Source: Bacteroidales bacterium
GTDB taxonomy: Bacteria; Bacteroidota; Bacteroidia; Bacteroidales; UBA7960
Reading direction: 5' to 3'
DNA length: 64,000 nucleotides
Assembly: GCA_031323845.1 (NCBI GenBank)
Contig: JAVIYP010000005.1
Location: forward strand, 9,153-73,152
Under the pieces are notes generated by a model. It saw only the letters and a list, made by a program, of their open reading frames with translations. It was not told where the DNA came from and did no database searches. Each line of letters starts with the position of its first letter. Position 1 is the stretch's first letter. Made by a program: the position numbers and the translations under genes. Shown one piece after another: positions 27,867 through 36,092 of this stretch.

Positions 27867-27956
27867 ATGCCAAGCGGAAAAAAGAGAAAACGACATAAAA
27901 TGGCCACCCACAAGCGCAAAAAGCGCCTGCGGAAAAACAGGCACAAGAAGAAGTAA
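27867..27956 (+). CDS. 29-aa highly basic peptide, bS22-like (AURKAIP1/COX24-type small ribosomal protein)
   Basis: Below the ORF-track cutoff. ATG..TAA encodes MPSGKKRKRHKMATHKRKKRLRKNRHKKK. AAGGAG lies 7 nt upstream. Followed by a strong terminator at 28001. Resembles the KKRxKRxxM..HKRKKxLR pattern of bS22. Confidence 0.55.
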   Translation: MPSGKKRKRHKMATHKRKKRLRKNRHKKK

Positions 27957-28000
27957 TGCCTTACGGGAAACACCTTGCCTGTATTCTTTTCCTGCAACAG

Positions 28001-28033
28001 ATTACATAGTACCCCGGGGTATTATGTAATTTT
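28001..28033 (+). terminator. Intrinsic terminator after the HU / small-peptide unit
   Basis: 15-bp stem attacatagtacccc / ggggtattatgtaat (one G-U pair) followed by TTT. Confidence 0.65.
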
Positions 28034-28117
28034 GTTATGATTAGCGGGAATACCGACTTCTACACCCTTCCTTCCTATCACTGAACTGATGGAATGTAAC
28101 GTTAAAGTATCTTCATT

Positions 28118-29668
28118 GTGAACAAAGAACTGATTATAAACTCTGGCACTTCAGAGGTTGTCATGGCTTTGCTCGAGGATAAACGGCTTGTGGAGCTGCA
28201 TCGCGAGCGAAGAAACAACAACTACTCTGTCGGGGACATTTACCTTGGAAAGGTCAGAAAAATCATCTCGGGGCTTAATGCTGCCTTTGTTGACGTAGGA
28301 TATGAGAAGGATGCCTTTTTACATTATCTCGACCTGGGAAGCCAGGTCAACAGCCTGAACAAGTATACCAAGCTTGCCATGGCCGGCAAAACAAGGATAC
28401 TTCCCATGGAAAAGTTTCACCTTGAAAAGGAAATTGAGAAAACAGGGAAAATTTCCGAGGTTCTTACCACCAACCAGCCGATACTTGTTCAGATTGCCAA
28501 AGAACCCATTTCAACAAAAGGACCGCGCATCACCAGTGAGCTGTCGCTGGCCGGAAGGTATCTTGTGCTGGTACCCTTTTCAGACCGGATTTCCGTATCG
28601 CAAAAGATACAGAACAATGAGGAGAAAAGCCGTCTGAAGCGCCTTGTGCAAAGCATAAAACCAAAAAATTTCGGTGTCATCATAAGAACCGTGGCCGAAG
28701 GAAAGATGGTTGCCGACCTTATCGCCGACCTGAACCAGCTGGTTGACAAATGGTACAGCATTGCCGAAAAGCTGGCATCCTCAAAGCCTCCCCGAATCAT
28801 ACAGGGCGAACTAAACCGGTCTTCTGCTATCTTGCGCGATCTGCTGAACGAGTCGTTCAATAACATTCATGTTAACGACCCCCTGGTCTATGAAGAGCTG
28901 AAAGAGTATATCAAAACCATTGCCCCCGACAAGGCCGACATTCTGAAAATCCACAAGGGAAAGATCAATGTTTTCGATCATTTCGGGGTTGAAAAACAGA
29001 TTAAAGGATCCTTCGGCAAAGTAGTATCCATAAAAGGCGGAGCCTACCTGGTTATTGAACATACGGAGGCGCTGCATGTGATTGATGTAAACAGCGGACA
29101 ACGTATCAGCAGTGAGAACACCCAGGAGGACAATGCCCTGGAGGTCAACCTGGAAGCGGCTGCCGAAATTGCCAGGCAACTGAGGCTCCGTGACATGGGT
29201 GGGATCATTGTGGTTGACTTTATCGACATGGTGCAGGCCGCCAACCGGCGGAAGCTGTACGAAAAGATGAAGGAGGAAATGAAAAAGGACAGGGCAAAGC
29301 ATAACGTGCTTCCGCCCAGCAAATTTGGCCTTGTACAGATAACACGGCAGCGGGTAAGGACCGAAACAAGCGTGGAAACACTTGAAAAATGCCCTGCTTG
29401 TGACGGTACCGGAAAAATCAAACCCAGCATCATCTATATTGATGAAATTGAAAGCAACCTGCGTTATCTGATCAGGGAACAGAACGAAAAGTCACTCACC
29501 CTCCGCGTACATCCTTTCATATATGCCTACCTGACGAAAGGCATGATATCACAAAGACTGAAATGGTTCTTTAAATATAAAAAATGGATCCGGGTTTATC
29601 CTTCAACATCCTACCACTTTCTCGAATACCGGTTTTTTAACAAACTGGATGATGAAATCAAGCTATGA
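28118..29668 (+). CDS. rng: Ribonuclease G/E family endoribonuclease
   Basis: 516 aa. S1 domain GDIYLGKVRKIISGLNAAFVDVG. Catalytic domain (HTEALHVIDVNSG) and Zn-link CPACDGTG. GTG start. Confidence 0.9.
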   Translation: MNKELIINSGTSEVVMALLEDKRLVELHRERRNNNYSVGDIYLGKVRKIISGLNAAFVDVGYEKDAFLHYLDLGSQVNSLNKYTKLAMAGKTRILPMEKFHLEKEIEKTGKISEVLTTNQPILVQIAKEPISTKGPRITSELSLAGRYLVLVPFSDRISVSQKIQNNEEKSRLKRLVQSIKPKNFGVIIRTVAEGKMVADLIADLNQLVDKWYSIAEKLASSKPPRIIQGELNRSSAILRDLLNESFNNIHVNDPLVYEELKEYIKTIAPDKADILKIHKGKINVFDHFGVEKQIKGSFGKVVSIKGGAYLVIEHTEALHVIDVNSGQRISSENTQEDNALEVNLEAAAEIARQLRLRDMGGIIVVDFIDMVQAANRRKLYEKMKEEMKKDRAKHNVLPPSKFGLVQITRQRVRTETSVETLEKCPACDGTGKIKPSIIYIDEIESNLRYLIREQNEKSLTLRVHPFIYAYLTKGMISQRLKWFFKYKKWIRVYPSTSYHFLEYRFFNKLDDEIKL

Positions 29669-29697
29669 TGCTGCCGTTTGTTAAACAAACCCGGTAA

Positions 29698-30195
29698 ATG
29701 GCGGAAAATATGTCAACCCAAAAAGAAAACCGACAGTCAGGCAGGACGGCATTAAGCGAGAAAGCCCGCAAGTACTGTGCCTATGCGGAAAGATGCACCT
29801 GGGATGTCAGGCAGAAGCTGATGCGTCTCGGAGCATCAGGGCATGATATCACCGACATCATCGGGGAGCTGGTTGAGGAGGGATACCTCGACGACTCGCG
29901 TTTTGCCGCATTTTTTGCCACGGGAAAGTTTCGCAACAACCGGTGGGGGAAACAAAAAATCAGAGCCGAACTTTTAAAGCGGGGGATAACAGAGCAGGTG
30001 ATCCGGCAAGCCCTGGCAACCATTGATGATGAAGCCTACGACAACTGCCTGCGTTGGCTCATTGACAAAAAGAATGCCGGGCTGGACAGGAAGAACGCCC
30101 GGGATGCCGGCACAAAAATTGTTGCCTATTGTGTACAAAAAGGCTTTGAGGCGGACCATGTCATCCGTTTGCTTGATGAGATGAGGCAATCCTAA
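29698..30195 (+). CDS. recX: Regulatory protein RecX
   Basis: 165 aa with three-helix repeats (CAYAERCTWDVRQKL.., GYLDDSRFAAFF.., RWGKQKIRAELLKRGI). Confidence 0.85.
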   Translation: MAENMSTQKENRQSGRTALSEKARKYCAYAERCTWDVRQKLMRLGASGHDITDIIGELVEEGYLDDSRFAAFFATGKFRNNRWGKQKIRAELLKRGITEQVIRQALATIDDEAYDNCLRWLIDKKNAGLDRKNARDAGTKIVAYCVQKGFEADHVIRLLDEMRQS

Positions 30196-30255
30196 CCAGT
30201 ACACCGTGTTTCAAGCAACTTAACGAACAGCAGCTGCAGGAGCAAAAACAAAAAA

Positions 30256-31348
30256 ATGACCATAATGATACACAGTGATCACATAAAGGATTTGTTTAAG
30301 AGGCTTGACGCCCTGAGGAGGTTTCTTTGACCTTGACGGGAAACAAAAAGAGATAGACGAACTTCAAAAACTTACAGAAACGGAGGGGTTCTGGGACCAG
30401 CCCCAGGAGGCACAAAAGCAGTTGAAGCACATCAGCGGTTTGAAAAAGTGGGTGGAGCGCTTTGAGGAATGCCGGCAAAAACTCGAGGACCTGAATGTGT
30501 TGTATGAGTTTTTTCAGGAAGGAGAGGGCTCTGAAGACGAAGTCAGGCGACAGTACCAGGAAACCGTTAAGGTTTTGGAGGATCTGGAGTTCAAAAAGAT
30601 GCTGAATAAGGAAGAAGACCGGCTTAGTGCCATTCTTTCGGTCAATTCGGGCGCCGGGGGCACAGAAAGCCAGGACTGGGCCGAAATGCTGATGCGCATG
30701 TACCTGCGCTGGGCCGAACGCAACGGATACACAGCCAAGCTGCTTGACCAGCAAGAAGGCGACGGCGCCGGTATTAAAAGCGCATCCATTGAAATTGAAG
30801 GCGAATACGCCTACGGCTACCTGCAGGGAGAAAACGGAGTCCACCGCCTCGTCAGGCTCTCGCCTTTTGATGCCAACCACAAACGACACACCTCCTTTGC
30901 TTCCGTCTATGCCTATCCGGTTGTTGATGATCATTTCGATATTGAGATCAATCCTGCGGATCTCAGCTGGGACACGTTCAGATCGAGCGGCCCGGGAGGC
31001 CAGAACGTCAACAAGGTGGAAAGCGCCGTACGCGTCAGGCATGCACCCTCCGGGCTGGTCGTAGAATGCCAGGAGACACGCTCGCAGGCTCAAAACCGTG
31101 AAAAGGCCATCACCATGCTGAAATCACAGCTCTACGAACTGGAGCTGAGAAAAAAACGGGAAAAAATTGAAGCGCTTGAAAGCACAAAGAAAAAAATCGA
31201 ATGGGGCTCGCAAATAAGAAGCTATGTCTTCCATCCCTATAAAATGGTAAAAGACCTGCGCACCAATGTTGAAACCTCAAACGTGCAACAAGTCATGGAC
31301 GGAGATCTTGATGATTTTATCAAAGCGTATCTCATGGAATTTGCCTGA
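30256..31348 (+). CDS. prfB: Peptide chain release factor 2 (needs a programmed +1 frameshift at 30328)
   Basis: Frame 0 encodes MTIMIHSDHIKDLFKRLDALRRFL, then an in-frame TGA. The +1 frame continues DLDGKQKEIDEL.. into the 308-aa ORF carrying the SPF (RLSPFD) and GGQ (SGPGGQNVNKVESAVR) motifs. Confidence 0.93.
30316..30331 (+). promoter_or_regulatory. prfB +1 frameshift site: AGGAGG-TTT-CTT-TGA-C
   Basis: Internal SD-like AGGAGG lies 3 nt before the slippery CTT codon and the in-frame UGA followed by C, as in the canonical RF2 autoregulatory site. Confidence 0.9.
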
Positions 31349-31450
31349 TGACCGGTTCTGTCGCAGCAAAAAAAGCCATCGTCCTGACAGCCAAAGCCTT
31401 AAACAACAACCTTAATAGTTAGTGGAGATAGCCCTTATTTATTTCCTGTA

Positions 31451-31477
31451 AAACAAGCACATAAAGCTTGCTTGTTT
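31451..31477 (+). terminator. Possible prfB terminator hairpin
   Basis: aaacaagc / gcttgttt 8-bp stem followed by T-rich sequence. Confidence 0.35.
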
Positions 31478-31631
31478 ATAACTTTTCTCTTTTGTTGAAA
31501 ACATGCCGTGCATTTTCTTTTTTTGTTTTATAATTTCGCTGTTACGTCTTCACCAAATGGTTTTCATAATTTTCCCGGGATAAGGTTTGGGGTTCTGCCC
31601 CGGGGAAATCAACGGCAAATTTTTAAAGAAT

Positions 31632-34307
31632 ATGGGCAGCAACAAGACTATGGAACACGCACAGCAAGGACAAAGCCAGCAACCGGAAACCGGAAATATT
31701 TACGATCAGGTCCTGGACAACAGAACTCAGCCACAGGCTGAAACGAAGCAGGATGTGCTGATGTTCCCTGAAGACAATGATCATCCGCTGGTTAAATTCG
31801 ACTACGACACTGCCCTGAAAAAAGCCACTGCCTATTTTAACGGAGACACTCTTGCTGCCGGAGTGTGGGTCAACAAGTACGCATTAAAGGATTCTGAGGG
31901 CAACCTTTACGAACAGACACCCGACGACATGCACCGCCGCATTGCCCGGGAGATTCATCGTATCGAAAAAAAATATCCTGATCCGCTTTCAGAAGACACT
32001 CTTTTCAATTTGCTGAAAGACTTCAAATACATTGTGCCCCAGGGCAGTCCGATGGCCGGCATAGGCAATCCTTTCCAGATTGGATCGCTCTCGAATTGTT
32101 TCGTTATCGGCAACAAAGGCACTGCCGATTCTTACGGGGGCATCATGAAGCTGGATGAAGAACAGGTACAGCTCATGAAAAGACGCGGTGGCGTCGGGCA
32201 CGACCTTTCGCATATTCGTCCCAAAGGCAGTCCGGTTAAAAACAGTGCGCTGACCTCAACAGGTCTTGTACCCTTCATGGAGCGCTATTCCAATTCCACC
32301 CGTGAAGTGGCCCAGGACGGACGTCGCGGTGCGCTTATGCTGACAGTGTCCGTTAAACACCCTGATGCTGAAGGCTTTATTGACGCAAAGCTGGAACAGG
32401 GAAAAGTGACCGGTGCCAACGTTTCCGTAAAAATCACCGATGATTTCATGCAGGCCGTGGTTAACGACGATGATTTCGTGCAGCAGTACCCCATTCATTC
32501 CAGTAAGCCGAAATACATAAAGAAGATCAAAGCCAGGGAGTTGTGGAACAAGATCGTGCACAATGCGTGGAAATCAGCTGAACCGGGCATTCTGTTCTGG
32601 GACACCATAATACGGGAATCCGTGCCCGACAGTTATGCGGATCATGGTTTTAACACCGTTTCGACAAATCCCTGCGGTGAAATACCGCTTTGTCCCTATG
32701 ACAGCTGCCGTCTGCTGGCCATCAACCTTTACGGCTACGTGAAACATCCCTTCACGAATAAAGCCAGCTTTGACTTCGAGCTGTTCAAAGAACATGTTGC
32801 CCATGCGCAACGCATGATGGATGACATCATTGACCTTGAGCTTGAGAAAATCGACAACATCCTAAGAAAAATTGAAGCAGACCCGGAGGAAGCGGGGGTT
32901 AAGGAAGTAGAGCGTAACTTATGGTTAAAGATCCGGAATAAGTGCATTGAAGGCCGGCGTACAGGGATCGGCATTACCGCCGAAGGGGATATGCTTGCCG
33001 CCCTTGGTTACAGGTATGGCACCAATGAAGCCACCGACTTTTCTGTGAAGGTTCATAAAACATTAGCTCTTGAGGCCTACCGCTCATCCGTAAGGCTGGC
33101 CGCCTCCAGGGGCGCTTTCCCGCTCTATGACAGCAAAAAAGAAGAAACCAACCCCTTCATACAACGGCTAAGGGAGGCCGACCCGGAACTTTACCAGGAA
33201 ATGCTGACCAGCGGCAGGCGCAACATCGCACTGCTGACCATAGCGCCAACAGGCAGCGTCTCCATTCTGACCCAAACCACCTCAGGTATTGAGCCTGTGT
33301 TCATGGTTGCTTACAAGCGAAGAAGAAAAGTAAATCCGAACGATAAAAATGTCCGTGTTGATTTTGTTGATGAAGTAGGCGATCACTGGGAGGAATATAA
33401 TGTGTTCCATCACAAGTTCTTTGACTGGCTTACTATTAACAATTTTGATGTGGAGGAAGTGAAGCACATGAAAGACGCTGAACTGCAGGACATCATTCAC
33501 AGGTCTCCTTACTACAAGGCTACCGCAAACGATGTTGACTGGGTGGCCAAGGTCCACATGCAGGGTGCTGTCCAGAAATGGGTTGATCACTCCATCAGCG
33601 TCACCGTTAATGTGCCCGGAGACGTCACTGAAGAGCTGGTGGGAGAGATTTATAAAACCGGTTGGGAAAGTGGCTGTAAAGGCATTACGGTGTATCGTGA
33701 CGGATCACGCTCAGGAGTCCTGGTAAAAGACAGCAAAAAAGACAAGCACAAGGAATTCAAGGAGACAGAGGCGCCCAAAAGGCCCAAGGTGCTTGAAGCA
33801 GAAATCGTTCGTTTCAATAATGACACTGAAAAATGGGTTGCTGTTGTAGGACTGCTCCACGATCGCCCTTATGAAATTTTCACCGGGAAAGCAGACGGTT
33901 TCTACCTGCCCCCGGATATTGTCAAAGGCTGGGTAATTAAAAACAAACTCGAGACAGGAGAAAAACGCTACGATTTCCAGTTTCAGGACAAAGACGGCTA
34001 TAAAGTGACCATCGAAGGGCTGTCGCGCTCCTTTCACAAGGAATACTGGAACTATGCCAAGCTGATCTCCGGGGTGTTGCGCCATGGTATGCCGATCCCG
34101 TCGGTTGTTGACGTAATTGAGGACCTCAGCTTACACAGTGATCGCCTGCATACCTGGAAGAACGGCGTGGCCCGTGCCCTGAAAAAGTTCATAGCTGACG
34201 GCACAAAAGCCAAAGGCCGCATCTGTAACAACTGCAACCAGGATTCAGTAATTTACCAGGAAGGATGCCTGACGTGCACTTCCTGCGGTGAAAGCAAGTG
34301 CGGATAA
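31632..34307 (+). CDS. nrdJ: Adenosylcobalamin-dependent (class II) ribonucleotide reductase
   Basis: About 890 aa. Active-site region STNPCGEIPLCPYDSCRL and C-terminal Cys cluster CNNCNQ..CLTCTSCGESKCG. First ATG at 31632; the ORF track start at 31587 is non-ATG. Confidence 0.9.
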   Translation: MGSNKTMEHAQQGQSQQPETGNIYDQVLDNRTQPQAETKQDVLMFPEDNDHPLVKFDYDTALKKATAYFNGDTLAAGVWVNKYALKDSEGNLYEQTPDDMHRRIAREIHRIEKKYPDPLSEDTLFNLLKDFKYIVPQGSPMAGIGNPFQIGSLSNCFVIGNKGTADSYGGIMKLDEEQVQLMKRRGGVGHDLSHIRPKGSPVKNSALTSTGLVPFMERYSNSTREVAQDGRRGALMLTVSVKHPDAEGFIDAKLEQGKVTGANVSVKITDDFMQAVVNDDDFVQQYPIHSSKPKYIKKIKARELWNKIVHNAWKSAEPGILFWDTIIRESVPDSYADHGFNTVSTNPCGEIPLCPYDSCRLLAINLYGYVKHPFTNKASFDFELFKEHVAHAQRMMDDIIDLELEKIDNILRKIEADPEEAGVKEVERNLWLKIRNKCIEGRRTGIGITAEGDMLAALGYRYGTNEATDFSVKVHKTLALEAYRSSVRLAASRGAFPLYDSKKEETNPFIQRLREADPELYQEMLTSGRRNIALLTIAPTGSVSILTQTTSGIEPVFMVAYKRRRKVNPNDKNVRVDFVDEVGDHWEEYNVFHHKFFDWLTINNFDVEEVKHMKDAELQDIIHRSPYYKATANDVDWVAKVHMQGAVQKWVDHSISVTVNVPGDVTEELVGEIYKTGWESGCKGITVYRDGSRSGVLVKDSKKDKHKEFKETEAPKRPKVLEAEIVRFNNDTEKWVAVVGLLHDRPYEIFTGKADGFYLPPDIVKGWVIKNKLETGEKRYDFQFQDKDGYKVTIEGLSRSFHKEYWNYAKLISGVLRHGMPIPSVVDVIEDLSLHSDRLHTWKNGVARALKKFIADGTKAKGRICNNCNQDSVIYQEGCLTCTSCGESKCG

Positions 34308-34321
34308 TTTGTATTTTCTGT

Positions 34322-35908
34322 TTAGCCCAGGTAGATAAACTCCCCTACTCCAATGGGGATGTTGAATATATACCATACAAAGAGCAGTACCACCCACATA
34401 ATGAACAGGATCACCGCGTAGGGCACCAGCATTGACACAATGGTTCCTATGCCGATGTTCTTGTTGTATTTATGTATCCAGCCCAGCAGCAGCGGGAAAT
34501 AAACGTACAGCGGGGTAACGCAGTTCGTGATGGAGTCGCCGATGCGGTACATCAGCTGAACAAAAGCGGGGCTGTAATTCAGCTGTGCCAGCATCGGAAT
34601 AAAGATGGGGGCAAATATGGCCCATTTTGCCGAACCGCTGCCGAGAAAGATGTTCAGCACCGCCACCAGTATCATAAACACAATAAAGAGCAGAGGCCCT
34701 GTCAGACCGGTTGATTTCAGAAAGTCTGCCCCGGTAATGGCCAGTATGGTGTCAAGGTTCGACCAGCTGAAGAGGTTGATGAACTGGGCCACGATAAGCA
34801 TAAGCACGATATAGCCGGACAGTTCTTTCATGCCATGCTCCATTTGCTGCAGTATGTCGTTGGGCTTTTTGATGGCGCCTACTGCCTTGCCATAGAAGTA
34901 TCCCGGAATGGCAAAGGCAAAGAACAATATTGGTATAAGACCTCTCAGGAAGGGAGAGGGCACCAGTCCGCCGGTTTCCTGGTTTCGCAGCGGGGCACCG
35001 GTGGGGGCTACCAGGAGAATGATCACAACCGCATACACCAGGAAGGCCCATCCGGCGCGTTTCAGTCCCCTGTGTTCATCGGGCGACAAGGTGCCATCAT
35101 GCACTTCATGGTCAAATGCACCCAGGATCTCGAACCTGGCCGCACGCGGGATGGTGTAGCGCTTTGCAATAAATGCGCCGCCGAAGGCAAGCAGCACCGT
35201 GGAGGCTATCATAAAATACCAATTGGCCGTGGCGCTCACCTCCTGGCCACCGGGCATGTGCTGGGTTATTTCGGTACTGATACCCGCCAGCAACACGTCG
35301 GTACCGGCAATAAAGAAGTTTGCCGTAAAGCCTGCTGTTGCTCCCGCATAGCCCGCAATCAGTCCGGCGATGGGATTAAGCCCCATCTGGGTAAAGATCA
35401 GGGCTGCTATGGGCGGCACGATCACAATGCCGGCATCAGAACCAATATTTCCGCATGCCCCAATGATGAAGATCACGGGCAGGACCACCTTTTTGGGCAC
35501 CGAAAAAGCCACCGTTCGCAAGGCTACGGCCAGCAATCCGCTGCGCTCAGCAATGGAAACCCCCATGAGCATTACCAATACCAGGCCAAAGGGAGCAAAA
35601 TGGGCAAAGTTGGTAACCACCTCCTGTAAAAAACGACGCAGTCCTTCACCGGAGATCAAATTCTCAGCTTCCACCAGTGAGCCGTCGTCGGGATGAATGG
35701 CGCTGACACCAAACATCGCCGTTACCCAGCTCAACGCAATGATGAGCACACAAATCCAGACAAAAATCCAGAAAGGGTGCGGCAGCTTATTCCCCATGCG
35801 CTCTATCCACCTTAATATGCCGTTGGAGGTTTCACCGGTTGAATTCTCCGGCGACTTTGTTTCATTTACAGCTTTGGCAGTCTGCCTGTCTTTGTCGTTC
35901 TGTGCCAT
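34322..35908 (-). CDS. AbgT-family transporter (p-aminobenzoyl-glutamate / antimetabolite transporter family)
   Basis: 528 aa polytopic membrane protein. The N-terminus (WIERMGNKLPHPFWIF) and overall sequence are typical of AbgT. Confidence 0.85.
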   Translation of the reverse strand: MAQNDKDRQTAKAVNETKSPENSTGETSNGILRWIERMGNKLPHPFWIFVWICVLIIALSWVTAMFGVSAIHPDDGSLVEAENLISGEGLRRFLQEVVTNFAHFAPFGLVLVMLMGVSIAERSGLLAVALRTVAFSVPKKVVLPVIFIIGACGNIGSDAGIVIVPPIAALIFTQMGLNPIAGLIAGYAGATAGFTANFFIAGTDVLLAGISTEITQHMPGGQEVSATANWYFMIASTVLLAFGGAFIAKRYTIPRAARFEILGAFDHEVHDGTLSPDEHRGLKRAGWAFLVYAVVIILLVAPTGAPLRNQETGGLVPSPFLRGLIPILFFAFAIPGYFYGKAVGAIKKPNDILQQMEHGMKELSGYIVLMLIVAQFINLFSWSNLDTILAITGADFLKSTGLTGPLLFIVFMILVAVLNIFLGSGSAKWAIFAPIFIPMLAQLNYSPAFVQLMYRIGDSITNCVTPLYVYFPLLLGWIHKYNKNIGIGTIVSMLVPYAVILFIMWVVLLFVWYIFNIPIGVGEFIYLG

Positions 35909-35992
35909 AATAATCCTTTATTGATGAAATCATTTGCGTTACGAAAAACATACCGGATAACTCACGTATTTTGCCGGCCTTACAGGTATGGG

Positions 35993-36000
35993 CAAAAATA
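35993..36000 (-). promoter_or_regulatory. Candidate -7 promoter box (TAttTTTG on the minus strand) for the AbgT-family gene
   Basis: The plus strand reads caaaaata. About 85 nt upstream of the ATG at 35908. Confidence 0.35.
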
Positions 36001-36040
36001 CTATTTTCGGTGAAACACAGGGTTTTTTTTTACTAATCAT

Positions 36041-36072
36041 AAAAAAACCCGGTGCCTGGGCACCGGGTTTTT
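36041..36072. terminator. Bidirectional intrinsic terminator after the EF-G paralog
   Basis: A7-cccggtgcc-tg-ggcaccggg-T5. Confidence 0.8.
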
Positions 36073-36092
36073 CAGAAGGAATACGAAAATGG

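Noticed and set aside
31349-31631. Upstream region of nrdJ, inspected for a cobalamin riboswitch or NrdR boxes
   Set aside because: I could not find a B12-box-like core or paired NrdR palindromes. I saw only a probable prfB terminator hairpin and AT-rich promoter-like sequence. A covariance-model scan would be needed to exclude weak matches.
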